Assembly (NCBI GenBank): GCA_965214605.1
Contig: OZ243961.1
Location: 1,728,001-1,792,000, forward strand
Direction of reading: 5' to 3'
Length of the DNA: 64,000 nucleotides
From: an uncultured Candidatus Binatia bacterium
GTDB taxonomy: Bacteria > Desulfobacterota > Binatia > Bin18
The position numbers and the translations under genes were made by a program. The notes under the pieces were generated by a model. The model ran no database searches. It was not told the origin of the DNA and saw nothing but the letters and a program-made list of their open reading frames with translations. This document shows positions 1-9,926 of the stretch, in pieces. Position 1 is the stretch's first letter; each line of letters opens with the position of its first letter.

Positions 1-98
1 AACACCGCCGCCGTCCGGCTTGACGCGGCGCACGCCGATCTGCATAGACTAGGCGGCTATGATCCGACGACTATGATTCGGCACTGAGGAGAGACGCC

Positions 99-1412
99 AT
101 GGAGTCACGCCAGAAATCGTCTGGCACCACCGGCACCCAGACCGCCCTACCGCTCGGCCTCTACTGGCCACGCCGCTATAGCCTCGTTGCTCTGTGCTTT
201 CTGAGCACCTTTATTTGCTATATCGACCGGGTCAATATCTCGGTTGCGATTATTCCGATGGCCGAAGAGTTTGGTTGGGATCAGACCACCCGTGGCATTG
301 TGCTGTCGTCTTTTTTCTATGGTTATCTGGCAACCCAGATCTTTGGCGGGTGGCTGGCTGATCGGTTTGGCGGAAAAATCGTTCTAGGTATTGGTGTGGT
401 GTGGTGGTCGCTGTTCACCGTGATCACTCCGTTAGCCGCGACCCTGTCTTTCACGGTCCTGTTTCTGGCCCGGGTGGGGATGGGGCTCGGCGAAGGGGTG
501 GCCTTTCCGGCCGTCTATAATCTGTATGCGCGCTGGATACCCAAGCAGGAACGCGCCCGCTCTATCGCCCTCACCATCAGCGGCATTCCCCTGGGAACGG
601 TTGGAGCCCTGCTGTTGACGCCGCCGATTGTGGTCGCTTTGGGTTGGCCGTGGGTGTTTTATTTGTTTGGGATCTTGGGTTTTGCGTGGTATGGTCTGTG
701 GCACTTTTTGAGCACTGACACCCCCCACAGCCACCCCAGCGTACACCCCTCGGAGTTGGCGTTTATTCGTGACAACGTGCCTCCCGTGCCCCGGAATGAG
801 ACGATTCCGTGGGCACGGCTGTTATCCAGGGCGCCGGTCTGGGCCATTATTGTCAATCATTTTTGTGCAAACTGGGGCTTTTATGTGATCCTGACCTGGT
901 TGCCCACATATTTCACCCAAGCTCTGGGAGTCGATCTGTCTCAGGTCGGGGTCTATGCCATTTTACCCTGGCTCACGATGTTTTTGCTGAACAACATCGC
1001 CGGTTGGGTTGCCGATAAGCTGATCGAGTCCGGACTGTCGGTAACGTTTGTGCGCAAACTGATGCAAACCGTTGGTTTTCTGGGGCCAACCATTTTTTTG
1101 AGCCTGATCGGCAGTGTCGGTTCAGCCCCGCAGGCAATCACGTATATGTGCTGTGCCCTGGGGCTGAACGCGTTTGCCCTGTCCGGTTTTGGCGTCAATC
1201 ACCTCGATATCGGCCCACGCTATGCGGGTATTTTACTCGGCCTCTCCAATACCGCGGGCACCATACCAGGCATCCTCGGGGTGACCTTGACCGGCTATAT
1301 CCTTGATCTCACCGGCTCGTGGGATCTCGTGTTTTTGATTGCGGCCGGAATTTATCTGTTCGGCCTGTTCGTATGGCTGCTGTTTGCGACCGGCGAACGG
1401 ATATTTGCGTGA
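99..1412 (+). CDS. MFS transporter, anion:cation symporter (ACS/SLC17-like) family
   Basis: About 12 hydrophobic segments; CYIDRVNISVAI, GGWLADRFGGK and GLGEGVAFPA motifs; GAGGAG RBS upstream. Confidence 0.9.
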   Translation: MESRQKSSGTTGTQTALPLGLYWPRRYSLVALCFLSTFICYIDRVNISVAIIPMAEEFGWDQTTRGIVLSSFFYGYLATQIFGGWLADRFGGKIVLGIGVVWWSLFTVITPLAATLSFTVLFLARVGMGLGEGVAFPAVYNLYARWIPKQERARSIALTISGIPLGTVGALLLTPPIVVALGWPWVFYLFGILGFAWYGLWHFLSTDTPHSHPSVHPSELAFIRDNVPPVPRNETIPWARLLSRAPVWAIIVNHFCANWGFYVILTWLPTYFTQALGVDLSQVGVYAILPWLTMFLLNNIAGWVADKLIESGLSVTFVRKLMQTVGFLGPTIFLSLIGSVGSAPQAITYMCCALGLNAFALSGFGVNHLDIGPRYAGILLGLSNTAGTIPGILGVTLTGYILDLTGSWDLVFLIAAGIYLFGLFVWLLFATGERIFA

Positions 1413-1583
1413 GGGAAGAACGGGTCGGCCGAGAACGTATGCTCATCCCCAGCGGGCTCTTCCCTGTCCTCCACTCTCTATAGCAGGTGTTGGTCCAGCC
1501 GAAAGTCGTAGAGCCTATCACCAGGGCAAGAACGAGGCCGAAAGCCGGCGCACCTGAGGGCCATAGCCTCCGAGGTTTGTGTC

Positions 1584-2042
1584 ATGGCAGTAAAACAGAT
1601 TCGTCTCCAAGATCTCCCGACTCTTGTCGGCCAGGAAGTCGGGCTATCGGACTGGTATCTCGTCACTCAACAGGCAGTAGACGCCTACGCCGCGGCGACC
1701 GATGATCATCAGTGGTTTTGCGAAGATGTTGAGCGTGCGAAAAAAGAATCACCCTTTGGCGGAACGGTTGCACCGGGCTACTTTATCCTGGCTCTAGCTC
1801 CAGGGCTGCTGAAAAAGATCTGGTATCTCCAAGGAGCCCGACTTGGTCTGAACTATGGCCTCAATCGTCTGCGTTTCCCTGCCCCGCTTCGCATTGGGAC
1901 ACAGGTTCGCCTGCGACTCAGTATTCGCAGGGTCAAACCCGTTCCGGATGGCCAAGAAGTCACCTTGGTCCTTTCGTTTGAAGTGGAAGACGGGGAGAAG
2001 CCAGTGTGTATTGCTGAGCCGGTGTATCGCTACCTCGGCTGA
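1584..2042 (+). CDS. MaoC/NodN-like hot-dog-fold dehydratase
   Basis: ATDDHQW, SPFGGTVAPG and NYGLNRLRFPAP motifs; GAGG RBS. Confidence 0.85.
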   Translation: MAVKQIRLQDLPTLVGQEVGLSDWYLVTQQAVDAYAAATDDHQWFCEDVERAKKESPFGGTVAPGYFILALAPGLLKKIWYLQGARLGLNYGLNRLRFPAPLRIGTQVRLRLSIRRVKPVPDGQEVTLVLSFEVEDGEKPVCIAEPVYRYLG

Positions 2043-2076
2043 AACTCCGTTGGGGTTCTTCGGGTTTGGGTGCCCC

Positions 2077-3984
2077 CTAGTTTGTTTTGGGGTCTTGGCT
2101 GACCGCGCCGTTCCGGCCGCCATCTCCGCCAGCCTCGAAGGCGAGCAGGGCGTTGCCCGGCATACCGCCCCAGAAGCCGTAGCCGGAAAAGACGTACAGC
2201 ATGCCCCCGGCAATGGTTGGACCGGGTCCATCGAGCGAGCCGCCTTTGGTGGCGACATCGTTGACCGAGTAGTACTCCTGGGCTGTGTCATAGTCCCACA
2301 CAATAGACCCGTTCTGAGTCGAATAGGCCCGCAGGTGGCCGTCAACCGAGCCGGAGAACACAACGCCGGGCAAGACCGAAATGGCCGCTGATTGGGCCGG
2401 GCTGCAATTCGCCTTGTCGCCACACCCAGGCGGTGGGGTGAACCACAGTTTCTCACCGGTCTCAATACGATAGGCCGAGATGCCACCGCCCTGCTTGTTG
2501 TCGATCGAGGACGTGATCGAGCCCTCCTGAGTGCGCTCAAGATTGACCTTGACATCGGATAAGGCCACGTAAATATTCGATTCATCCGCAGCCGGCCCCC
2601 ACTGGATACCACCCAGAATGCCGCCCGCTCCAGCCCGCTGCTGCCATATGATCTTGCCATCCCGGTCAGGATCGACGGCGTGCACGACGCCCGACTTCTG
2701 GCCTGCGAGCAGGATGCGCTCGCCGTTGGGCAGCTCGCGCAAAATGGCCGAGGAGCCAAAGTCCAGGTCTGGGCCGCGCGCCTCCGGACAGTTGGTGTCG
2801 TCGCCTGATTCACACGCGATATTAAACGCATCGCCCTTGGTAAACTGCTGGGTCCAGATATTTTTTCCGGTTTCCATATCGAACGCCATGATCGCGTCAC
2901 TCGTGTCCGAGGGCGGGTCTGAATAGTTGTCACCGGTGGTCGCATAGACTCGTTTGAGTTTGGTATCAAGCGTAGGAGTCGTCCATATCGCGGCTCCGGA
3001 CGGTCCCCACAGTTGGGTGCCGATCTTGTTCTTGCGAACTTTTTTCGGTTCATCGACCGTGTAAGACTTCCACAACACCTCTCCGGTCGTTGCGTTCAGC
3101 GCATTGATACTCCCCCGAAAGGTACAACACTCGTAGTCAGCTTCGCCGCCCGCCCCTTCTTCAAACGAGGCTACGCCAACGTAGAGACGGTTATCATGCA
3201 GGGCCGGGCTACCCGTGATGCGACCCGTCGGATGCTGCTCAATCTGGGTTTTCCAGATGAGTTTACCGGTCCGGGCATCAAGGGCATAGACGTTTCTTTC
3301 CACATCCCCAAAATAGGCTGCCTGGCGCGGCGGGTCGCTCCCCTCCAAAGGACCGATCGTCACGGTTGAACGTACTCCGGCTCCGGTCGGATAGGCCCAA
3401 TATAAACAGCCGGTCTTGGCGTTTAGGGAAAACACCACCCCCCGCATGCTGCCGATATACACCCGCCCGCCAAATACGGTCGGCTGAGAGGTTTGGTAGT
3501 GCTCAGGCAGACCAAATGACCATTTGAGCTTCAGGTTCGGAATATCGGCCGCGGACAAGCCGGCTTTGTCCACCGGCTGAAAGCGAGCGTTGCTAACACC
3601 ACCGCCCCAGCCGTTCCAGTTGGCACTCTCGGACAGGTCGAGCTGGCCCGGTCGCAGCGAACAATAGGTCCACGAAGCGGCCTGGTCGTCCCGAGCCGTG
3701 CCAAACTCTTTCTCTGAAACATAGGCTGCAATGGCCAGCCGTTCGGCCTTGGTCCGCATCACCCCCTGGAAGACCATCCGGCCGACCTCAAGCGAACGCA
3801 TAATGAACTCGGGGGGCAGTTTTTGCATAACCCTGAGTTTGGGCGCTCGGGCTACCGACTCATGACACTTGGCGCAGTGTTCCGTGTACAGTGCCTCGCC
3901 ATCCGGTTCTGCGACACTAACAGCCCAGGCCGGTCCGCTCAGCACCATAAGACACACGACAACGAGAATCCCTGTGCGGTACAT
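2077..3984 (-). CDS. Exported PQQ-dependent dehydrogenase with N-terminal c-type cytochrome (polyvinyl-alcohol dehydrogenase-like)
   Basis: Signal peptide, CAKCH heme motif, repeated xALDAxTGxxxW propeller motifs, CCTFRGS, DLDFGSS; AAGGAGG RBS before ATG 3984. Confidence 0.9.
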   Translation of the reverse strand: MYRTGILVVVCLMVLSGPAWAVSVAEPDGEALYTEHCAKCHESVARAPKLRVMQKLPPEFIMRSLEVGRMVFQGVMRTKAERLAIAAYVSEKEFGTARDDQAASWTYCSLRPGQLDLSESANWNGWGGGVSNARFQPVDKAGLSAADIPNLKLKWSFGLPEHYQTSQPTVFGGRVYIGSMRGVVFSLNAKTGCLYWAYPTGAGVRSTVTIGPLEGSDPPRQAAYFGDVERNVYALDARTGKLIWKTQIEQHPTGRITGSPALHDNRLYVGVASFEEGAGGEADYECCTFRGSINALNATTGEVLWKSYTVDEPKKVRKNKIGTQLWGPSGAAIWTTPTLDTKLKRVYATTGDNYSDPPSDTSDAIMAFDMETGKNIWTQQFTKGDAFNIACESGDDTNCPEARGPDLDFGSSAILRELPNGERILLAGQKSGVVHAVDPDRDGKIIWQQRAGAGGILGGIQWGPAADESNIYVALSDVKVNLERTQEGSITSSIDNKQGGGISAYRIETGEKLWFTPPPGCGDKANCSPAQSAAISVLPGVVFSGSVDGHLRAYSTQNGSIVWDYDTAQEYYSVNDVATKGGSLDGPGPTIAGGMLYVFSGYGFWGGMPGNALLAFEAGGDGGRNGAVSQDPKTN

Positions 3985-3997
3985 GTGCTCCTCCTTA

Positions 3998-4240
3998 CTA
4001 TTTCTCAATCAGAATACGCCAGCGGGCGCCTTTTTCAGCGTCGGAGAACTCGTCGATAGCCACGATGGCGTAGCCCTCAGCCTCGGCGGCGCGCGGAATA
4101 TCGCGCCGTCCCTTGGGATCATCAATCAACAACTCCAACACATCGCCCCGCTCCAGGTACTCGAGGCGTACCTTGGCCTTGGCCCAGTTTAAGGGACATT
4201 TGACGCCGTGCAAATTTATCTGTTCGCTCTTGTGGGGCAT
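3998..4240 (-). CDS. TusA/SirA-family sulfur carrier protein
   Basis: 80 aa; NLHGVKCPL and GDVLELLIDDP...DIP pattern. Confidence 0.85.
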   Translation of the reverse strand: MPHKSEQINLHGVKCPLNWAKAKVRLEYLERGDVLELLIDDPKGRRDIPRAAEAEGYAIVAIDEFSDAEKGARWRILIEK

Positions 4241-4437
4241 TGACCCTCTACATAGCAGACCCGAGCATCCTTGTCAGCGCAAAGCGGACCCGGCCGAGCC
4301 GACCCAGCCTGCGGGCGACGCTGACGGCGGACGGCTTTTCCGCTATAGTCGGGCTAGACTTTGCTCAACGACGAAGCGGCAGAAAGGTGAACGATGGTGA
4401 TCACCTCGCCAAGAAGACCTCATCCGTTCACCTCTAG

Positions 4438-6468
4438 ATGGAGAACGGAGCGGTGAACGACGAAACACGCCCTTTAACATATAAGCTGCGTCCGGAGTCT
4501 GACGACCGAGCCAAGCGCTTCTTGATTCACTATAAGGAGGAGCTCAACCCTGCCCAGTACGAGGCAGCCGTGACCCATCAGGGCCCGCTGCTAGTCCTGG
4601 CCGGAGCGGGGAGCGGTAAGACCCGTACGCTCGTTTTTCGAGTGGCACGCATGGTTGAGGCGGGGATTGACCCGACTTCCATCCTGCTGATGACCTTCAC
4701 CCGGCGTGCGGCCCAAGAGATGCTGCAGCGGGTTGAGACACTCTTGGGCAACCGCTGCGACCTGGTTACCGGCGGCACCTTTCACTCCTTTGCCAATACG
4801 ATTTTACGCCGCTACGCCCAGCTGCTGGGGTTTGCCAACGCGTTTACTATTCTTGATCGCGGCGACTCTGAGGATGTGATCAATCTGATCCGTAGCCGTA
4901 TGGGTTTAGACAAAAAAGAACGCCGTTTTCCCCGTAAGCAAACCATTGTGGAAATCTTCAGCCTAGCGGCCAACAAAATCTGTGGTGTGGCCGAGGTGCT
5001 AGACGAACAGTTTCTGCACCTGTCCAATGAGCTCAATGATTTGGCCCAGATTCGGGAGTATTACCAGAACTATAAACGCCAACGCAGCCTGTTGGACTAC
5101 GACGACCTGCTGACCTATCTGCGCGACTTACTGCGCGACCATCCCGAGCTTGCCGAGCGGCTGTCACACACCTTCCGTTACATCATGGTTGATGAGTACC
5201 AGGACACCAACCGGCTGCAGGCCGAGATCGTCCGACTGCTTGCTCACTCCCACGACAATGTCATGGCGGTTGGGGATGACGCCCAGTCGATTTATAGCTT
5301 TCGGGGTGCGACGGTGCGCAATATCTTTGAGTTTCCTGATCTCTTTCCCAACACAAAAGTCATCAAACTCGAAGAGAATTACCGCAGCACTCAGCCGATT
5401 CTTGACCTGTCCAACGAAATCATCCTGCAGGCCAAGGAGAGCTATACCAAAAACCTGTTCACCCGCCGCGAGACCGGCCTCACGCCGATCTTGGTTGAGG
5501 CCGAGGGCGAACGCTACCAGTCTCGCTTTGTCGGTCAGAAGATCCTAGAACTGCACGAGTCCGGGGTGCCCCTGCCCGAGATCGCCGTCCTCTTTCGCTC
5601 CAGTTTTCATGCTTTTGACCTCGAAATCGAGCTCAGTAGGCGGAATATCCAGTTTGTCAAACGGGGTGGTTTCAAATTTATTGCGACCACTCATATCAAA
5701 GACGTATTGGCCCATTTACGGATCATTGCCAATCCGCAGGATGCGGTCTCGTGGTACCGCGTCCTGCTGCTCTTAGACGGCGTAGGACCCAAGAGCAGCG
5801 AAGCGATCTTGGCCCATGTGCTTGACGGCCCGGATCAATTTCAGGGCTTAGCCACCTATAGGGGTCGAAATACGGTGACCACGGCCTTGAAGAGCTTGGC
5901 CGAGACGCTCCAACAGGCCAGGGCCGAAGACCTGAAACCGGCCGAACAGCTCGAGGTCATCGTGCGCTATTATTTACCCCTCTTGAAACGTCGCCATCGC
6001 GACGACTACCCCAAACGCCAAAAAGACCTAGAGCACTTTACTAGCATCACCGAGCGCTACCGGAGTTTAGAGCGGATGCTCTCCGACATGGCGCTCGAGC
6101 CCCCGACAAACAGCGTGGATAATGTCTTGGCCACCCAGGACGAAGACGAGGGTCTGCTGACCTTATCGACTATTCACTCGGCTAAGGGGCTTGAATGGCA
6201 CTCTGTGTTTATTATCTGGGCGGTCGAAGGCCGCTTTCCGAGCCTATACAACAAAGACGACGACGAACTCGAAGAAGAGCGGCGTTTGATGTACGTGGCA
6301 GCCACCCGCGCCAAAGAAAACCTGTTTATCACCTATCCGGTTAATGTCTTTGATCGGGCCACCGGCATGGTTCTTACCCGGCCATCGCGCTTCTTAGACG
6401 GCGTTCCTCGACGCATTCTGACTCCAGTCATGTTAATGGAAGAGGAGGATGAAGACGGACGGGCGTAG
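4438..6468 (+). CDS. UvrD/PcrA/Rep-family SF1 DNA helicase
   Basis: AGAGSGKT, VDEYQDTN, VGDDAQSIYSFRGA, LEENYRS, TIHSAKGLEW and EERRLMYVAATRA motifs. Confidence 0.95.
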   Translation: MENGAVNDETRPLTYKLRPESDDRAKRFLIHYKEELNPAQYEAAVTHQGPLLVLAGAGSGKTRTLVFRVARMVEAGIDPTSILLMTFTRRAAQEMLQRVETLLGNRCDLVTGGTFHSFANTILRRYAQLLGFANAFTILDRGDSEDVINLIRSRMGLDKKERRFPRKQTIVEIFSLAANKICGVAEVLDEQFLHLSNELNDLAQIREYYQNYKRQRSLLDYDDLLTYLRDLLRDHPELAERLSHTFRYIMVDEYQDTNRLQAEIVRLLAHSHDNVMAVGDDAQSIYSFRGATVRNIFEFPDLFPNTKVIKLEENYRSTQPILDLSNEIILQAKESYTKNLFTRRETGLTPILVEAEGERYQSRFVGQKILELHESGVPLPEIAVLFRSSFHAFDLEIELSRRNIQFVKRGGFKFIATTHIKDVLAHLRIIANPQDAVSWYRVLLLLDGVGPKSSEAILAHVLDGPDQFQGLATYRGRNTVTTALKSLAETLQQARAEDLKPAEQLEVIVRYYLPLLKRRHRDDYPKRQKDLEHFTSITERYRSLERMLSDMALEPPTNSVDNVLATQDEDEGLLTLSTIHSAKGLEWHSVFIIWAVEGRFPSLYNKDDDELEEERRLMYVAATRAKENLFITYPVNVFDRATGMVLTRPSRFLDGVPRRILTPVMLMEEEDEDGRA

Positions 6469-6614
6469 TGAGGGTGGGGAGGTTGTGAAGGCTGAAGCGA
6501 ACCTTGTTCAAGATCCCCACATCACAACCGCGCCCGACTCTGCGGGAGAGGAGAGTCGGGGCGGGCCAAGCATAAAGTCCGGCCGCCCTCCACAAACTTC
6601 GCGTGTCAAAAGCC

Positions 6615-7733
6615 TCATCCCTGCAGAGTCCCGGTCCGAGGCGCCGAGACTGCACGCTCTTGTGTATCGGGCAGGCGACAGCGCAGCAGCTTTGACTCAA
6701 AAACTGCTCCCAACAGCATTTCTCCGTTGTATACCGCGGCGATGCTGGCGGCCGAGAGTTCCTCTCCGCTGCCGACATACACGTCCTCAAGCCCTGTTCC
6801 ATCTGCGCCGAGCCGGGCCACCCGGCTCGGCGAGAGGGCGTGAGGACTGCTGGCGTGAGCGATGAGCTTGACCATATTGGGGTGGGCGGCGATCCAGATA
6901 TCCCCCTGTTCGTCGATATCGATATTGTCGGGTCCACGCCCGACTTCTATGTCTTGGTCAAGCGTCAGGCTTCCGTCTTCCGGCGTTCGACGGTAGATAC
7001 GCAGGCTGTTGGCCCGTGTCTCAGTAATAAAGATACGGTTGGTCTGGGCATCAAACTGAATGCCGTTGGCGAAGGTTAGCCCGTTGAGCACGACACTGGC
7101 AACCTGGCCGTCAAAATAGACCACATCCGAATTGGCCCACCCGAAAATCTGCTCCAAACGCATGCCGATCCCCTCCAAATAGCCATGGTCATTGGTGAGA
7201 TAGAACTGGTTCGGGCCAACCGCCGCAATATCGTTCGGCGAACGAAAGAGCAGGTTGGTAATCGTCTTGAGGTGGCGCAGCCCGTTTTCCGCTATGGCGA
7301 AGATTTCAACGCTGTGACCGGCTCTCGGCTGATCCGGCACGGCGTGATTGACCACAAACAGCAGGACCTCGTCGCTAGAGGTGCGAAACAGACTGATGCC
7401 GTGCGGATGGAAAGGGCTCAGCTGTTCAGTCCCGGCCAGGGGCTCGGGAACGGTGTCGGGCCGGGACAAGTCAAGTCGATAAATCCGGCCCGGAATGGTT
7501 GCCCCGCGCTGGTGAGCCCATCTATCGTCAGACGAGATATAGGCCACCCCGGCCTGTCGGTCGATGGCAAGATCTTCGGGCCCGGGCGGCCCGGGGACGA
7601 CCGTGCAACTCCCGGCAAAGTGGGGAACGAGCGGATCGAACACCCCCAGGGCGGATGACACGGCCAACATCGCCAGTCCGAGAGAGACCCCCACCACAAT
7701 ACATCCAACCACAACCACCTCTCTCATCACCAT
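6615..7733 (-). CDS. Paraoxonase/arylesterase-like six-bladed beta-propeller lactonase
   Basis: N-terminal membrane anchor; GPEDL, FHPHGIS, PNDIAAVG..FYLTNDH, FANGI and PDNI motifs. Confidence 0.85.
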   Translation of the reverse strand: MVMREVVVVGCIVVGVSLGLAMLAVSSALGVFDPLVPHFAGSCTVVPGPPGPEDLAIDRQAGVAYISSDDRWAHQRGATIPGRIYRLDLSRPDTVPEPLAGTEQLSPFHPHGISLFRTSSDEVLLFVVNHAVPDQPRAGHSVEIFAIAENGLRHLKTITNLLFRSPNDIAAVGPNQFYLTNDHGYLEGIGMRLEQIFGWANSDVVYFDGQVASVVLNGLTFANGIQFDAQTNRIFITETRANSLRIYRRTPEDGSLTLDQDIEVGRGPDNIDIDEQGDIWIAAHPNMVKLIAHASSPHALSPSRVARLGADGTGLEDVYVGSGEELSAASIAAVYNGEMLLGAVFESKLLRCRLPDTQERAVSAPRTGTLQG

Positions 7734-7773
7734 TCCTCCTTGATACTCGCCGGTCCTGGATTCCGGACGGCGT

Positions 7774-8190
7774 CTACATCTGTGGCATCTTGGGCACCTT
7801 GGGTAGATCGGGATTCATCACGTCCCACGGCTGGGCACTGTCGGTATAAATGTCCATAGCCGGCTGGAACCAGCTCGGATCATCCAGACTCGCCGCCTTA
7901 AGACCAATGATATCAGGGTTAGCGGATAATTTCGAAAAGAGACCCGAACCGCACTGTGGACAGAAACCCCGGCTGACCGTCTCACCGCTGTCGGACTGAG
8001 AGGTATAGTAGGTGGGTTTGCCTTGGATGATGCTGAGGGTGCCTTTGGGCACGGCCAATACCGGAGCATAGGCGGTGCCAGTTGTCCGCTGGCAATCACG
8101 ACAGTGACAGTTGATCGAAAACAGCGGTTCCACCCGGCTCTCGTACCGAATAGCGCCGCACAGACATCCGCCCGAAAATGGTGCTGTCAT
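7774..8190 (-). CDS. GFA family Zn-binding protein
   Basis: GGCLCGAIRY, CHCRDCQR and RGFCPQCGS motifs. Confidence 0.9.
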   Translation of the reverse strand: MTAPFSGGCLCGAIRYESRVEPLFSINCHCRDCQRTTGTAYAPVLAVPKGTLSIIQGKPTYYTSQSDSGETVSRGFCPQCGSGLFSKLSANPDIIGLKAASLDDPSWFQPAMDIYTDSAQPWDVMNPDLPKVPKMPQM

Positions 8191-8333
8191 ACTCAGACCT
8201 CCGCGAGTTTCACTATCAGTAGGAATATCGCATTCGACGGGCTAGGAGAAGAGGGCTGGATGCCTCTTGCATCTGGGACCGGATCATTGTTATGTCCGAA
8301 ACACATGCGCTAGGGAAGACAAGGAGGAACGGA

Positions 8334-8789
8334 ATGGCACTCAAAGAAAAAGTCGGCGGCGAATATGTCCACGTCAGCTCAGTCGCCTGGCAACCCTTTC
8401 CGGGCGAATTTTCAACTGGTGGAATCCAATGGAAGCTCCTCCACGTCTCGCCCGAATCCGGCGCGTGGACAGCCATGTTCGACTGTCCCGAGGGTTCGTC
8501 CTTTGCCAGACACATCCATATTGGACCGGGCGAATACTTTTTGACCAAAGGCACAATGGAAGTCCGGGGCGGAAGCGGGGAAGGCGGCGCTACGGCTACG
8601 GCCCTTGGCTACGGCTACGAAGCCTGCAACGCTCGCCACGATCAGACGAATTTTATCGAAGACAGCGAGTTTTATATGACATTTCTGGGGCCGCTGCAGT
8701 TTATTGATGAGGGCGGCAACACCTTAGCCGTGGTCGGTTGGGAACAGGCGCAGACGCTGTGGGCGCAGCAGACGGGCAAGGCTGCATGA
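8334..8789 (+). CDS. Cupin, 2,4'-dihydroxyacetophenone dioxygenase-like
   Basis: HIHIGP metal motif, YGYEACNARH, GPLQFIDE; AGGAGG RBS. Confidence 0.7.
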   Translation: MALKEKVGGEYVHVSSVAWQPFPGEFSTGGIQWKLLHVSPESGAWTAMFDCPEGSSFARHIHIGPGEYFLTKGTMEVRGGSGEGGATATALGYGYEACNARHDQTNFIEDSEFYMTFLGPLQFIDEGGNTLAVVGWEQAQTLWAQQTGKAA

Positions 8790-8827
8790 GGATGGCCGCA
8801 AAACGGCGCGTCCTCAAGGGGGCATTA

Positions 8828-9907
8828 TTAGCGCCACGGCTCGACGAGAATCTTAGCGTGCCGCTCAGGTGAAGCCAGCTCCTCAAACGCCTGGGCCACG
8901 TCCTCAACCCCGACCTTACCAGTGATCAGCGGCTCAACCGGCAGCCTGCCATCGGCAATATGAGAGAGCGTCTGGCTGAACTCCTCGCGCGTGTAGCCGA
9001 GGACAAACTGGAGGTTCAACTCCTTGTTAATGCCAAACATGGGCTGAATGGTGTCGTCTTCCATACACACTCCGACCACCACAATCCGGGCACTGCGAGG
9101 GGCTGAGCTCATAATCTGATTGATCACCCCAGGAACGCCAACGCACTCAAACATCACCGCCGGCCGCAACGGTGGACCAGTCGCCCAGGGAGCCTGCTGC
9201 GAAGCCGTACTAGGGTCGGCCACTGCGGCTTCTTGCCAGCTGGCGTAGGGAGATTGCTCTTGGGGGTCAATGACGATATCTGCGCCCATAGCCTCGGCCA
9301 GTTGGCGTCGACGGGGAGAGAAGTCTGCGGCCACGATGGGCCGGACGGCTTTGAGGCGAAGCGCGGCAATCACCGCTAAACCAACCGGGCCACAGCCAAT
9401 GACGAGCGGCACGTCGTCCTTGTCCAAGCGCGCCATTTGGACCGCGTGGTGGCCAACCGCCAGCGGCTCCGTGAGGGCGGCGTAGTCGGTGGGCAGGCCG
9501 TCTGGCACCGCCAGCAGCAAATCCTCGGTCAGCCGCATCAGCTCACCGTAACCACCGGGGTGGTCGTTTGAGTAGCCGACCGTCTCAACACCGGAAGGGC
9601 GAATCAATACCGGCATTGAGCAGGCCCGGGTGCCGGCTTTGAGCGTCTTTGCCGTCTCAGGTCCATGGTCGACCACTTCAACACAGAACTCATGGCCCAT
9701 GACAATGTCGCGTTTGAGGTCCATGTCAAAGACCCCGCCTGACTTCTCGGACACCTCAACCAGCTTCTCGGCATGCTTGAGCGCGTGGAGGTCTGAGCCG
9801 CAGATACCGCAGGCTAAGGTTTTGACCAGGACTTCGCCCGGTCCGGGCTCTGGAGTTGGCACATCATCAACGATCAGTTGCTGGTCTCGCATTATCGCCG
9901 CACGCAT
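8828..9907 (-). CDS. Zn-binding medium-chain alcohol dehydrogenase
   Basis: CGICGSDLH, GHEF and GCGPVG motifs; structural Zn lobe absent. Confidence 0.9.
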   Translation of the reverse strand: MRAAIMRDQQLIVDDVPTPEPGPGEVLVKTLACGICGSDLHALKHAEKLVEVSEKSGGVFDMDLKRDIVMGHEFCVEVVDHGPETAKTLKAGTRACSMPVLIRPSGVETVGYSNDHPGGYGELMRLTEDLLLAVPDGLPTDYAALTEPLAVGHHAVQMARLDKDDVPLVIGCGPVGLAVIAALRLKAVRPIVAADFSPRRRQLAEAMGADIVIDPQEQSPYASWQEAAVADPSTASQQAPWATGPPLRPAVMFECVGVPGVINQIMSSAPRSARIVVVGVCMEDDTIQPMFGINKELNLQFVLGYTREEFSQTLSHIADGRLPVEPLITGKVGVEDVAQAFEELASPERHAKILVEPWR

Positions 9908-9926
9908 TGTGTATTCTCCTTGCTCC

